Shown: positions 16,635 to 27,506, numbered from the stretch's first letter. The stretch is 64,000 nucleotides of DNA from an uncultured virus (IMG/VR IMGVR_UViG_3300030118_003168) (IMGVR_UViG_3300030118_003168:1-64000); one strand, 5' to 3'. The notes: generated from the letters alone by a model not told the origin. Made by a program: numbers and translations.

Positions 16635-18902
16635 ATGAATTGGTTTAATGTTGTTAAAATCATCGGTATGCCTATGAGTAGGATATTTTTATCCAATATC
16701 GTAGTCAATAGAGCCGAGTTTGAAAACACATTAAACAAATTAAGAAGCCTACAAAAAGTTCCTAGTCGTCTTCAAGGCATAATAAACAATGATAAGTCAC
16801 ACAAATCTTATTATGATGAAGGAGTAAAAGCAAATACTACTGAAATTGACCTGTCTGAAGAAGAATCAAAAGAAATGTTTGATGAAATGCTACAAATTAT
16901 GGCAGAAAAAACAAAAGAATTTACTCCTAGAAAATATTATACCATTGAAAAGACTAGAGAATTACTTTCTGAAGCAATTAAAGCCAAAAATTCTGATGAA
17001 AAAGACAAAGTTGCTGAAATTGTTTTAGAGATTATCGAAAATAATCCTTCAAGAGCGCAATTTTGGGCTGAAAATATCCCTGAGAGAGAAAGATTGGACT
17101 TTTTAAAAGAATATTTAGAAGAAACTGAAGGAAAATCCCATCTTTTCTTTGAAAATCCACCTTCAAACAAGAAAATTTTAGCGGATTTTGCTGAAATGAT
17201 TGGCGGAACAGTAAAAGGCGACAAAATTTTCGTAAATTTTGAGTCGCAAACTGATTTGGTGCGAAGATTACGACCATCTGAGCAACAACAAAAAGAATTT
17301 GAGGCATATAGAGCAAATAATGAAGGAAAAAAGAGCGATGAAGAGAAAGAATTTGATAAACGCTTTAAATTTTACAACAAAAACATAAGACCTCTTAAGC
17401 CTAAACTCAAAAAAGGAACAGTAACTACTACAATTGATTCAAGATTGTTAGAAGCAAAAGAATTGAACATTAGAGGGGCTAAATATCAGATTGTTGGGGA
17501 GTTTGACGAGCGTTCTGTCTTTAAATACATTGAAATTGTTGAAGGATTAAGAAATTCTAAAAGAATATGGATGCCAAAAGAACTTGCTAATGGTGATTCT
17601 TTGCCTAAAGATGATGGGTTAATTTTTCTTCCAAGACAAAGCGGAAATGTTAAGTCTCTTATTCTAAATCCTTATACTTCTATTATTCTAAACAGTAGTT
17701 TTGGTGATAAAGACTCATGGTTCAAAACATTTTTCGGTGCTTTGCGAACAAATGAAGTTTTAACTGATGATGAAGTAGAACAAATAATTATTGATGATAT
17801 TTCTCTTGCTTTAATAAATAATAGTGATGAAAGTAGATTAAAAATAAGAACTGCATCTTTTTCAAGACTACCTAAAATAAGAAATCTTATTTTAACTATT
17901 AGTGACCAAAAGACTCTTAAAAAAAGATTAAATGAAATGATTAGACAAATTATTTCTGAAAATCAAGGAGAAGGTAGTTTAGGAGAAGAACTAACTAAAA
18001 AGAAACTATCTCTCCGTAGGGAACAACTTTCTTTACTTGATAAATACTTTAGCATAAAAGAGGGCGATAAAATCGCTCCTCTTTTGAAAGAAGAATATGG
18101 CGAGGATGATGTAGATATTTTATATTACGATTCAGGAGGAAATCCTGTTGATTCTAAAAATGATGCTTTTTATGTTGATTTTGATATTTATGGGGATAGA
18201 ATAAATCCTTCTAACATTAAAGAATATATACAGAAAGAAATTAAATTAACCGAAACCCAAAGAAGCAGACCAGCAAGAGGACTTGAACTTGCATTAAAAG
18301 AATTGAAAGGACTTTTAGAAAAATTACCCGAATCTGATAAATCTAAACAAATAAAAGACAAACTAAGAGAATCCTATACAAAAGATATTGCTAGACTAGA
18401 ACAAGCAATAAAGGACAGAAAAGATAAACCTGCATCTATCAAAGAATCAGAAAATAAAATACAACAACTAAGAGAGGACTTGGTTAGACCAACTAATTTT
18501 GTTGATTATGTTATTTCTGTTGCTTCTAAAGAATCCATAAATACATTAATAGATACTCCGCTAAGTAGTGCTTCTTCATTAGAACAGATTAGCCCCAAAA
18601 ATAGTTTAATCTATCTTACTTACATGGCGGAACGGGTCGCTGACGATGTAGTAGGAGAAGCGTTTAATAAAATAAACGATAACCCCAATTCAGACGAGGC
18701 GAAAGAGGTTCTTACAAAACTTAATGATAAAATACCTAAACTATTAGGAGATATTAAAACAAATGTCATTGGTGCATTCAAAAACCGACTTCAATTTTTC
18801 TTAGATAATTACGGACAAAAATTCCAAAATAAAACAAATAAAATTCAAGTAGCACCAGCACTTAAAGCATTTATAAACGCTAACATGATTCAGGAGGTTT
18901 AG
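16635..18902 (+). CDS. Large hypothetical protein with WxxILK-type leader
   Basis: MNWFNVVK; 755 aa, charged and helical. Confidence 0.8.
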   Translation: MNWFNVVKIIGMPMSRIFLSNIVVNRAEFENTLNKLRSLQKVPSRLQGIINNDKSHKSYYDEGVKANTTEIDLSEEESKEMFDEMLQIMAEKTKEFTPRKYYTIEKTRELLSEAIKAKNSDEKDKVAEIVLEIIENNPSRAQFWAENIPERERLDFLKEYLEETEGKSHLFFENPPSNKKILADFAEMIGGTVKGDKIFVNFESQTDLVRRLRPSEQQQKEFEAYRANNEGKKSDEEKEFDKRFKFYNKNIRPLKPKLKKGTVTTTIDSRLLEAKELNIRGAKYQIVGEFDERSVFKYIEIVEGLRNSKRIWMPKELANGDSLPKDDGLIFLPRQSGNVKSLILNPYTSIILNSSFGDKDSWFKTFFGALRTNEVLTDDEVEQIIIDDISLALINNSDESRLKIRTASFSRLPKIRNLILTISDQKTLKKRLNEMIRQIISENQGEGSLGEELTKKKLSLRREQLSLLDKYFSIKEGDKIAPLLKEEYGEDDVDILYYDSGGNPVDSKNDAFYVDFDIYGDRINPSNIKEYIQKEIKLTETQRSRPARGLELALKELKGLLEKLPESDKSKQIKDKLRESYTKDIARLEQAIKDRKDKPASIKESENKIQQLREDLVRPTNFVDYVISVASKESINTLIDTPLSSASSLEQISPKNSLIYLTYMAERVADDVVGEAFNKINDNPNSDEAKEVLTKLNDKIPKLLGDIKTNVIGAFKNRLQFFLDNYGQKFQNKTNKIQVAPALKAFINANMIQEV

Positions 18903-18904
18903 TA

Positions 18905-21400
18905 ATGACATATACAGATGATGATTTAGACAGAATTATTTCTTTAACGGGTGGCGCAAAAGGCAAGGCCATTAAAACAATAATGGATAAAGAAGTGGAC
19001 AGGCTTAAATTAGAAGCACAAAGAGCAGATAATGAAGAAGAAGCCCGCAAATTGATTCCTGAAAAGAGAAAAAAATATAAAGATGCTCTAATGGAAGCAA
19101 TTAAAACAAGAAAGCAAACTACTGGAAAAGGAACAGGGCAACTTAATGTTTTAGCAAAAATTATTGATATGAACATTTTTCACAACGGAAATCTTATTTC
19201 AGCCGCTACTCTTGTTGAAAACGATTTAACAGGACAGTTAGAGATTAGAAATCCAAAGCCTACAATCTTTGAAAATAATGCTTTTGCTTCTGAATTAAAC
19301 GCATCTGGAAATCTAGGACGCAACCTTAAGAGAATAAAAGAAATAATTGAAGAACAAAATGTTGAAGCGAAAGATGTTGAGATTACAAGTAATTTTCCAG
19401 TAGATAGATTCTTAGGTTCTATTGATGCTTCTAAAGGAAGTAAAAGAAAAGATATTTATGATTATTGGAACTCTATTGCTAATATATTTCCTGAATTAAA
19501 GAAAGATGCTGAAGAATTATTGGATGCAGTAAGTAAAGATGATGATTTACCTCAAGAACTGAAAGATGATTTTGAAAGAATCTTTGATATGGGAGATTTT
19601 GATAGATTAGAATATGTTGCGAAATTCCCTCTTGCTAAGGGAGAAGTTCTTGAAGCAAGGCATCGTTTCTTTAATATCGTTGCAGGATTAATTTCTGCTG
19701 AAAGACTATTTGATGCTGAAACAATTAAAGGTAAAGGATTTGACGATGATGATATAGGGGCAGGGGATATTACTGGTGAATTAATGAGAGAAATGGCTCA
19801 AGGTATTGAAGATGCTATTGACTCTAACATAGGATATGATTCTAAAGACCCTCAAAATAATACTACTCCTAAAGGATGGAATGATGAAATTGATATGACA
19901 TTGATTGATGAAGGGGTAGAATGGCTTAATGATGTTTCTATTCTTCAAGCACAGGCTGACCCATTGTTAATGTATGAAAACAACAGGGGAGGAAAACTTC
20001 TCTCAATAACCAAAGAAGGAGAAGAAGATTTAGTTGATTTATTGGATGCTGCACTTGATGAAGTAGAAGAAGCAGAAGAAAGAGAAGGAAAAAGAATAAC
20101 AGGATTTACTACTTCTTTAGACTTTAAGACTGACCTTGAAAATTGGTTAGAACAAACAAAAGACACTCTTACTTTGGATAATGATGTTGAATTTTGGTTG
20201 CCTATATCTGTAATGGATAATGCTGATTTTGATGATTTATACCCTGACAAAAAATATTTTAATGGTTTGTCTGGAGAATTTATTAATCTTGATAATCTAC
20301 AAGAAATAGAAGATTTCTTTGAAGATATGTATGATTTACTTTCAAAAGGCATTATTGCTTATGCTTCTGACATTAGAACCTCTAAAGGAAGAAGAAGGGG
20401 AACTGATATGCGGGAAACCTTGCGTGGAATTGGTAGAACTAATAGATTAGCCCAAGCAGCAAAAAGGCAGTATAGAAAAGTAGAATCAATAGATTCAGAA
20501 ATAAAAGAAGATTTGTTAAGTGATTCTATTAAAGGAGCGTTAGAAAAGTTTATGGAAACTGCTTTAGATTATTACTTTACTCCTGCATATAGCGGTAGAT
20601 TAACTATTCAAATACCGAGTTTCATGGGAAGTATTGGAGGAAAAGTCATGCAAACTCTTTCTTTAGATTTAGGACTTGAAACCGTCATGTCTGGTTCTTA
20701 TAAAAAATTAATGAGAGGTTCTGCTAAATCTTTCAAAGCAACTGATTTAAAAAATATAGCAGACTTCTTAGAAATGATTTTCTTAAAATCTATTAAGATT
20801 GATGCTTTCCTTATTGCATCTGCTGAAAGAGCAGCAAGGTCATTAACAAAAATATTTGGGAAAAAGGAAGAAAATAATCAATATTTTGCTGGTTTAGTCC
20901 ATCACTTTATGGTTGAAACAAAAGATAGAGAAAGAGAAAATAAAAAGTTTAATGGGACTCCTATTAAAGAATTAGCGGAGAAGTTTGACTTTGGTTATCG
21001 TTCAAGGAGAGCATATCCTATATTTGCTTTACCTCATTGGTTAGACATGAATCAAGGATTAATTACTCAAAAGAATCCTAGAGCAAAGTCTGAATATAAT
21101 AGATTAAAAACTGTCTTTGAGCAAGTTCAAGCAGATTTACCCGTTCTTATTCATAAGATGTTAGAGGCACATGATATTATTCGTGAACAATTAGGTTTAC
21201 CTGTTGTTCATGGATTTTTCCCGTTAAACACTATTGGTTATGATACTATGATAAATAAGATGCAAGTAGAAGATAATATAGACTTAAGCACCTATGAAGT
21301 AGAAACAATAGTTAAAGCACTAGACTCACATCAAAATATCTCAAAAGAATTTGGAATCAGCACAGAACAAGTTTATGCAATTAAAGCACACTTTAGGTGA
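18905..21400 (+). CDS. Large acidic hypothetical protein (831 aa)
   Basis: Long ORF; GGAGG RBS. Confidence 0.8.
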   Translation: MTYTDDDLDRIISLTGGAKGKAIKTIMDKEVDRLKLEAQRADNEEEARKLIPEKRKKYKDALMEAIKTRKQTTGKGTGQLNVLAKIIDMNIFHNGNLISAATLVENDLTGQLEIRNPKPTIFENNAFASELNASGNLGRNLKRIKEIIEEQNVEAKDVEITSNFPVDRFLGSIDASKGSKRKDIYDYWNSIANIFPELKKDAEELLDAVSKDDDLPQELKDDFERIFDMGDFDRLEYVAKFPLAKGEVLEARHRFFNIVAGLISAERLFDAETIKGKGFDDDDIGAGDITGELMREMAQGIEDAIDSNIGYDSKDPQNNTTPKGWNDEIDMTLIDEGVEWLNDVSILQAQADPLLMYENNRGGKLLSITKEGEEDLVDLLDAALDEVEEAEEREGKRITGFTTSLDFKTDLENWLEQTKDTLTLDNDVEFWLPISVMDNADFDDLYPDKKYFNGLSGEFINLDNLQEIEDFFEDMYDLLSKGIIAYASDIRTSKGRRRGTDMRETLRGIGRTNRLAQAAKRQYRKVESIDSEIKEDLLSDSIKGALEKFMETALDYYFTPAYSGRLTIQIPSFMGSIGGKVMQTLSLDLGLETVMSGSYKKLMRGSAKSFKATDLKNIADFLEMIFLKSIKIDAFLIASAERAARSLTKIFGKKEENNQYFAGLVHHFMVETKDRERENKKFNGTPIKELAEKFDFGYRSRRAYPIFALPHWLDMNQGLITQKNPRAKSEYNRLKTVFEQVQADLPVLIHKMLEAHDIIREQLGLPVVHGFFPLNTIGYDTMINKMQVEDNIDLSTYEVETIVKALDSHQNISKEFGISTEQVYAIKAHFR

Positions 21401-21404
21401 TAAT

Positions 21405-21611
21405 ATGACATGGGAAGAAATATTAAAGAAGAAAAAGAAGAAGTCTACCGTAAATCAGTCTGGAAACTATACAAAACCTGGAATGCGGAAAAGAATCTTT
21501 AATAGAATTAAAGCGGGAACAAAAGGCGGTGCAGCAGGTCAATGGTCTGCAAGAAAAGCACAAATGCTGGCTCAAGCGTATAAAAGGGCTGGTGGTGGCT
21601 ATAAAAATTAA
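21405..21611 (+). CDS. Basic protein with leader, DUF5872-like N-terminal half
   Basis: MTWEEILK; YTKP..R......KAG.KGG..GQWSARKAQML...YK..GGGY; family name from memory. Confidence 0.7.
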   Translation: MTWEEILKKKKKKSTVNQSGNYTKPGMRKRIFNRIKAGTKGGAAGQWSARKAQMLAQAYKRAGGGYKN

Positions 21612-21876
21612 TTGGCGTAAAATCCTAAAAGCCAAATCAAAAAGGCAACAGGACTTATCTACTTGGACTGATGAAGATTGGGGAAGTGCTGAACAACACC
21701 GAGCAAAAGCAAAAGGAAAAAAAGCACCATCTAAGACTAAAGGAAGATATATGCCGAAATCAACCTATCAAAGAACAGATAAAAAAACTTTAAGGTATCA
21801 AGACGCAAAGAAGAGAAAAGGTCGCAAAAAAGGTATTCAGCATGTTCCAACAGGAAAGAAGTTTAGTCAAAAGTGA
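21607..21876 (+). CDS. Basic protein with leader, DUF5872-like C-terminal half; probable ATT start
   Basis: ATT-AAT-TGG (I/M-NWRKILK) after GGTGGTGG; WTDEDW and GRYMPK motifs. Confidence 0.6.
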   Translation: MNWRKILKAKSKRQQDLSTWTDEDWGSAEQHRAKAKGKKAPSKTKGRYMPKSTYQRTDKKTLRYQDAKKRKGRKKGIQHVPTGKKFSQK

Positions 21877-21881
21877 TTATA

Positions 21882-22220
21882 ATGTGGCAAAAAATCTTAA
21901 AGGCTGACCCAAAGAAAGGAACAGGTAAGAAACCAAAAGGTTCAGCAAGAAGATTATATACAGATGAAAACCCAAAAGATACTGTTCCTGTAAAGTTTAA
22001 AACAGCAAAAGATGTAAGAGAAACATTTGCAAGCGGTTCATTTAAATCTAAACCACACAAAAGACAATCACAAATAATTAATTTAGTTGAACAAAGAGCA
22101 AGAGTAGCGGCTAAAAGAGCAAAAGACCCCGAAACAAAAAAGAGATTAAATGCTGCACATAAAGTTGCTTTAGCAAGAAAAGAATCAAGCAAAAGAAAAA
22201 CCGAGAGGATGAAAAAATGA
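21882..22220 (+). CDS. Basic protein with WxxILK leader
   Basis: MWQKILK; DPKKGTGKKPKGSARRLYTDENPKDTV. Confidence 0.75.
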   Translation: MWQKILKADPKKGTGKKPKGSARRLYTDENPKDTVPVKFKTAKDVRETFASGSFKSKPHKRQSQIINLVEQRARVAAKRAKDPETKKRLNAAHKVALARKESSKRKTERMKK

Positions 22221-22591
22221 CATGGAAAGAAATACTTAAAAGCGGTCAGCCATTAACACCCGAAGATGAACAGGAAATTCAAGATTTAATGAGATTTAGA
22301 AATATGGATAGACAAGAGGCTGAAAGGCATTATAGATTTAATCAAAGAAGAAAAAGCGGTCAGTCTAAAACAAGTAATGTTTCCTATGATGATTATATGC
22401 GTAATTACAAATCAGAAATTGAAGAAGAGATTCTTGATGAAGTAGAAGACGAAGGCGGAGCATTGGGTATGAAAAACTTAAAAGATATTGCTGACAAAAA
22501 TAAACTTAAAGAAACAATTTCTGATATGAAAGAAGAAGGTAAGTTATTTGAACATAAACATGGAGATTTCTATACGCATCAACCAAAGTGA
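22217..22591 (+). CDS. Hypothetical protein with WxxILK leader, possible C-terminal winged helix
   Basis: MTWKEILK; C-terminal helix-helix-hairpin pattern. Confidence 0.7.
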   Translation: MTWKEILKSGQPLTPEDEQEIQDLMRFRNMDRQEAERHYRFNQRRKSGQSKTSNVSYDDYMRNYKSEIEEEILDEVEDEGGALGMKNLKDIADKNKLKETISDMKEEGKLFEHKHGDFYTHQPK

Positions 22592-22596
22592 TTTAT

Positions 22597-23172
22597 ATGA
22601 CTTGGTTTTCTATTCTTAAAAAAAGAAAGTGGGAAGGAACACTTTCAAAGGATAAAAAGAAAATATTAGAGAGAAGCCCAAAAATGAAAATAGATATTCC
22701 TAAATTAAGTTACCCTCAAGAAGAAAAAGAAATACCTTCTGTAATAGCAACAATGAAAAAGAAAAGGATAACTCCCAAACAAATGAAAGATTCTGATTTA
22801 AAACCAGATGTAGAAATGTTTAAGATTGTAGGTGAAGATAAAAACAATTACATGGAATTTATGAAAGATATTAACTATTATGCTATGACTCTTAAGATGA
22901 AATATCAAAGACCACGACCTCATCAAATATCTGATAAAATAAAAACAACAAAAACAAAAACAGATGATACTCCTGCCTTTCCAAGTGGTCATTCAATGCT
23001 TGCTCATGGATTAGAAAAAGTTTTAGGAAAGAAATACCCAGATAAGAAAAAAGAATTAAAAGAAATGGCTGACAGAATTTCTTTATCAAGAATACAGATG
23101 GGAAGTCATTATCCAAGCGACATTGAAGCAGGAAAAAAATTAGGCTACATGATAGGTGATAAATATGAGTGA
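22597..23172 (+). CDS. PAP2 / acid phosphatase-haloperoxidase superfamily protein with WxxILK leader
   Basis: All three PAP2 motifs: KMKYQRPRP, FPSGH, SRIQMGSHYPSD; leader MTWFSILK. Confidence 0.85.
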   Translation: MTWFSILKKRKWEGTLSKDKKKILERSPKMKIDIPKLSYPQEEKEIPSVIATMKKKRITPKQMKDSDLKPDVEMFKIVGEDKNNYMEFMKDINYYAMTLKMKYQRPRPHQISDKIKTTKTKTDDTPAFPSGHSMLAHGLEKVLGKKYPDKKKELKEMADRISLSRIQMGSHYPSDIEAGKKLGYMIGDKYE

Positions 23173-23455
23173 ATGGCAAGAAATTCTTAAAAAGAAAAAG
23201 AAACCTTTTAAGGGTTATAACAAAAAAATTCATGCAAGAACAGGCGGATTAAGTGCTAAAGGTCGTGCTAAATTTAAGCGTGAACAAGGTTCTAATCTAA
23301 AACCCCCAGTAACTACTAAGCCAAGTAAATTAAAAAGAGGCAGCAAAGCAGCAAAAAGGCGTAAATCTTTTTGTGCAAGGTCAAGAGGATTTAAGCGAGC
23401 CGATGGAACTTACAGCGAAAAAGCCAAAGCAGCAAGAAGAAGGTGGAATTGTTAG
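23165..23455 (+). CDS. Highly basic conserved phage protein with leader
   Basis: MSEWQEILK; GGLSAKGR, NLKPPV, RRKSFCAR and RRWNC motifs. Confidence 0.75.
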   Translation: MSEWQEILKKKKKPFKGYNKKIHARTGGLSAKGRAKFKREQGSNLKPPVTTKPSKLKRGSKAAKRRKSFCARSRGFKRADGTYSEKAKAARRRWNC

Positions 23456-24705
23456 TGAAAGTCTTACCTGCGATATTTTCATATGAAGATATGAAAAGGA
23501 GATTTGCTCAGGATAATCCTGACGACCCATATACTCGCAGGGCTGATTTAGAAAGCGGTATCTATGAATTAGATAGTTGGCTTATTCGTGTTGATGAAAA
23601 CGATAAAGCGATTTCAACAGTTGGTTTCAAGGAACACCCATCACATACTGTTGTTGGTGGAATGTATGCTACTGCTGAAGGGAGAGAAATAGGTGGTAAT
23701 AGTAAAGCATTACAAGATGCAAGAGAACCGCAGTTAAATCAATCAAAGCCATTAGTTGCTGCATTTGGGCATAGAGATGGGGATAATGCCCGTTGGATTG
23801 CTAATGCTAAAAAGAATGGCTGGTCTTTTCCCGATAGCGATAATTGGGAGCAAATGAGTAAATTAATTCCTAATGATGTTCTTAGTGCTTGGTTGGCTAA
23901 ATATCCTGAAAGAATGGCTATCCGTTCTATTCGTGATGAAGGACAAATGGCTAAGTGTGTTTATCTTGACGACCCTACTCCACAATGGTTTAGCCTAATG
24001 AAAAGCAATTACAAAAGACAGTTAGGCAGTTCAGGTTTTAATGTTATTAGAACAAGTGATGGTAAAAGAATGAATAGTAAAGGTCTTTCTCGTTCTCAAG
24101 CAAAATCTATGATTGATGATTTAAATTCAGGTAAAGATGTTAGCCGCTATCAAAAGAAAAAGAAATCCATTACTGGTGGATGGAAAGGACAATTAAGAAA
24201 GTTTTATCCTAATCATCTATATGGGCAAGACCCAAGACCAAAAGACAAAGCATCGGAAGGTTATGCAGAAACAAGGCAATTTGATAAAACAGGTATTATT
24301 TTTATGCCTCACTTTATACACTCTAAAAAAACTAGATACCCTAATCTAAGACACCGACCAATTGATTCAGCCATAGAACAGACTTTGTTAAATCTATCCG
24401 AAGGAAAGTATTGGTGTTATATTAATGATAGTCCTAGTGATAAAAGTTATTTGATGATAGAAGTATTGGGTGCTTCTAAAAGATTACCTAGAACAAAAGT
24501 AACTGTTAGTTCTTTATTAGATGATAAAGGTAATAATTATACTAAAGCAATAGCAATAACCCATATTAATGACGGTCATCCTTATCCTCCAGATGAAAGA
24601 TTAGATATTTTATATACTGGTCTTAAGCGTAATCATAGAGCAAAAGGTTCAAGACGCAGACCTGATGAACCCACAAATCCGTTTAATATGGGTGGTAGAA
24701 GATGA
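23443..24705 (+). CDS. Multi-domain protein with N-terminal GNAT-like domain
   Basis: VVGGMYATAEGREIG resembles the GNAT acetyl-CoA-binding motif A; internal QWFSLMK. Confidence 0.5.
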   Translation: MELLVKVLPAIFSYEDMKRRFAQDNPDDPYTRRADLESGIYELDSWLIRVDENDKAISTVGFKEHPSHTVVGGMYATAEGREIGGNSKALQDAREPQLNQSKPLVAAFGHRDGDNARWIANAKKNGWSFPDSDNWEQMSKLIPNDVLSAWLAKYPERMAIRSIRDEGQMAKCVYLDDPTPQWFSLMKSNYKRQLGSSGFNVIRTSDGKRMNSKGLSRSQAKSMIDDLNSGKDVSRYQKKKKSITGGWKGQLRKFYPNHLYGQDPRPKDKASEGYAETRQFDKTGIIFMPHFIHSKKTRYPNLRHRPIDSAIEQTLLNLSEGKYWCYINDSPSDKSYLMIEVLGASKRLPRTKVTVSSLLDDKGNNYTKAIAITHINDGHPYPPDERLDILYTGLKRNHRAKGSRRRPDEPTNPFNMGGRR

Positions 24706-26135
24706 ATGAATTAGAAGAGTTCAATTTTGAACATCAAATGGATATGGAGTTATCTAAGAACTCTTTTCCATATTTCTTCCAAAATGTATTAGGTTTTGAT
24801 TTTCCTCCTTATATTCAAGAATGGCATAAATTAATGAACTCTACTCAAAGAACAGTAATTATTTGTTCAAGAGACCACGGAAAATCTGTATTTATGCATT
24901 CATGGGTTGTATGGAAATTAATCTTTGAAGAACCTCCATATCAAATGCTTTATATTTCTTCTAACCAAAAACAGACTTTAGTTCACATGAGAGACATTGA
25001 TAAAATGTTTCAACACCCGATGCTTAAAAAGTTTAAACCTGCAAGAGGTTGGGCTATTGGAAACATTACATTAACTAATGGCAATCAAATACTTGAAAGG
25101 TCGGTTGGTTCACAGATTCGTGGATTACACCCTCAAGAGATTGTTATTGACGACCCTTTGAAAGAGTTTAGTATGACTGGTATTCAAAAGGTTACTGATT
25201 GGTTTTATGGCGACATGATACCAACACTTCACCATACGGCTTCATTGAGGGTAATAGGAACTCCGTTTAGTTATACTGACATTTATCAGCAATTAGCAGA
25301 AAATCCAGCATATACTGTAAACACTTATCCATGCCTCAATGCCCTCAATGAACCCCTTTGGCCTGAAAGATGGAACTATGAAGCATTAATGGCAAGAAAA
25401 GCAGAAGTAGGTTCATTGATGTTTACAAGAGAATATATGTGTGTTCCTATTTCAACAGGAACTTCTCTCTTTAATCCCGAACATTTAGATAATGCTAAGA
25501 ATAAAGATTTAGTCTTAAAACCAATGAAAAGAGAAGGATATAAATATTTTATTGGTATTGACCCTGCTATTTCTACTGATGGTGACTACAATGTAATTAC
25601 TGTCATTGAAATGGACGCTGAAGAAAATAAATCAATAGTTTATGTAGATAGGTCTAAGAATGTTCAGTTTAGAGAGAACATACAAAAGGTAAAACTTTTA
25701 GGTCAAGTATTTAGACCAGAAGTTATTTTGTTTGAAACAAATACATTTGCTAAATCTTTTACACAAGAATTGCGCCAAGTCGCTGACTTAAATGTGCATG
25801 ATTTTAATACTACTCGTAGAAAGAAACAAGAAATAATTTTAAACTTGCAAATGACTTTAGAAAATGGTAAAATGAATTTTCCATACGGTAATGAAGAAAG
25901 TAGGAAGGTAACATCTGTTTTAGTTGAAGAACTATCTATGTTTGCTATTACAGACAAAGGAAAGTTTGAGGGAATAGGGGCGCATGACGATATGGTTATG
26001 AGTCTTGCTTTAGCGAATGCGGCCACTTACCAAGCGTCAGAAACCTTCATACTCCTTGATGATTTAGGTTTGTTTGACGATGATTCAAATGCCGTAAAAC
26101 GGCCAGTAAAGAACGCCATAGGTCTTAACTTTTGA
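24702..26135 (+). CDS. terL: Terminase large subunit
   Basis: SRDHGKS (Walker A), IVIDDP (Walker B), IGTP, FTREYMC, GIDPA nuclease motif, HDDMVMSLALA. Confidence 0.95.
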   Translation: MNELEEFNFEHQMDMELSKNSFPYFFQNVLGFDFPPYIQEWHKLMNSTQRTVIICSRDHGKSVFMHSWVVWKLIFEEPPYQMLYISSNQKQTLVHMRDIDKMFQHPMLKKFKPARGWAIGNITLTNGNQILERSVGSQIRGLHPQEIVIDDPLKEFSMTGIQKVTDWFYGDMIPTLHHTASLRVIGTPFSYTDIYQQLAENPAYTVNTYPCLNALNEPLWPERWNYEALMARKAEVGSLMFTREYMCVPISTGTSLFNPEHLDNAKNKDLVLKPMKREGYKYFIGIDPAISTDGDYNVITVIEMDAEENKSIVYVDRSKNVQFRENIQKVKLLGQVFRPEVILFETNTFAKSFTQELRQVADLNVHDFNTTRRKKQEIILNLQMTLENGKMNFPYGNEESRKVTSVLVEELSMFAITDKGKFEGIGAHDDMVMSLALANAATYQASETFILLDDLGLFDDDSNAVKRPVKNAIGLNF

Positions 26136-26144
26136 GGTATTTAT

Positions 26145-27506
26145 ATGACAGAACAAGCAGACAAATACCGACAAGCGGCTCAACAAATGGAGAGATTAGC
26201 CGAATTAGACGAAGAAGAAGAAAATATGAAGGATTCTATTCAAAGTCAATTAGGAATAGAATTAAAGTTTATTTTTACTGATAGTGCGGTGTTATCTGAG
26301 CATGAAGAAATATCTAAAATTTCTGAAGTGTATGGATTAAATGCTACTCAGGCAAGAAAAGAATTAAATGTTTTTCCTGATAAATATGTTATTCAAGACC
26401 ATAGCATACCTGACTTGGTTAGAAAAATGAGAAAGGCTCGTCGAAAATTAAAAGGGGAACAACGAGATAAAATGCTAAAGGCCATTGATACTATGATTGA
26501 TGCTTATTCAGACCACTTAAATAAATGCATTGATTCTATTACATGGCTTACTGATTATACTATACCTCTTAAAAAAATGAGATATAATGAAAAAGATTTA
26601 CATAAATTATATACAATGAAAAGTGTTGATGAAAGAAGGGAAGTTGTAGATTCTCTTTGCAAATACTGGGAAGCAGAATTAAAACAAACTAACATGGCCT
26701 ATGGTAAAGAATATAGTGATTTGTATAAGGAAATGAAAACTGCAAAGAAAGAATTTAGAGATTCATTGGCAAAGGTTTCTAATCAATCTATTACTAAGTC
26801 TAAAAAAGAAAGACAACATGATTTTATTTTAAAAACTGTTTGTGAAAATCCAGGAATTAATGCTAAAATGATTCATGAAAAAATGCCAACGCCTTTATTT
26901 AAAATATCTTCTCCTAATTCTATCTCACAAGCGATTAAAAAATTAGATATTGTTTCATTAAAAGGTAGTTTTTACAAAGCACCCTCTATGTTAAAGAAAA
27001 ACATTTGGGCTTATACTGCCGCATTCATTGATTCCGATGGATATATTACATTAGACCGCAATATGAATCCTAGAGTCGGATTAGTTGCAACAGGACAAAG
27101 AGGACGAGCATTTATGGAACAAATGCATAAATCAATAGGTTTTGGAAGAATGCACTTAGACCAAAAATCTCCTCAAGATACTAGACTAATTAATAGATTA
27201 AACTTTTATTCTCAGGCAGATGTAACAGAATTATTAACCAAGTGCTTGCCTCATTTTAGATTAAAAAAGGGTAATGCTAAATTATTACTTGAATTAATTC
27301 GTATGAAGAAGTCTTATAAAAAAGCCGATTGGTATAAGCAAAGATGTGATGAAATTTTTAAATTAATGAAATGGGAAAATCATAAAGACCATGTTGGGTT
27401 TGATTGGTTAAAAGAAGGAATTTATCTTGATGATATTCAAAAATACAAAGATAATTGTAAAATGTCTGTTATGGATTCGTTAGAACAAATAGGAACGGTG
27501 ATTTGA
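26145..27506 (+). CDS. Protein with helical N-terminus, HTH and C-terminal LAGLIDADG domain
   Basis: YTAAFIDSDGYI motif; LPHFRLKK; HTH-like ENPGINAKMIH. Confidence 0.8.
   Translation: MTEQADKYRQAAQQMERLAELDEEEENMKDSIQSQLGIELKFIFTDSAVLSEHEEISKISEVYGLNATQARKELNVFPDKYVIQDHSIPDLVRKMRKARRKLKGEQRDKMLKAIDTMIDAYSDHLNKCIDSITWLTDYTIPLKKMRYNEKDLHKLYTMKSVDERREVVDSLCKYWEAELKQTNMAYGKEYSDLYKEMKTAKKEFRDSLAKVSNQSITKSKKERQHDFILKTVCENPGINAKMIHEKMPTPLFKISSPNSISQAIKKLDIVSLKGSFYKAPSMLKKNIWAYTAAFIDSDGYITLDRNMNPRVGLVATGQRGRAFMEQMHKSIGFGRMHLDQKSPQDTRLINRLNFYSQADVTELLTKCLPHFRLKKGNAKLLLELIRMKKSYKKADWYKQRCDEIFKLMKWENHKDHVGFDWLKEGIYLDDIQKYKDNCKMSVMDSLEQIGTVI

Noticed and set aside
24702..27506. Intein or group I intron carrying the LAGLIDADG
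   Set aside because: terL is complete and uninterrupted; the LAGLIDADG ORF has its own RBS and no intein terminal residues.
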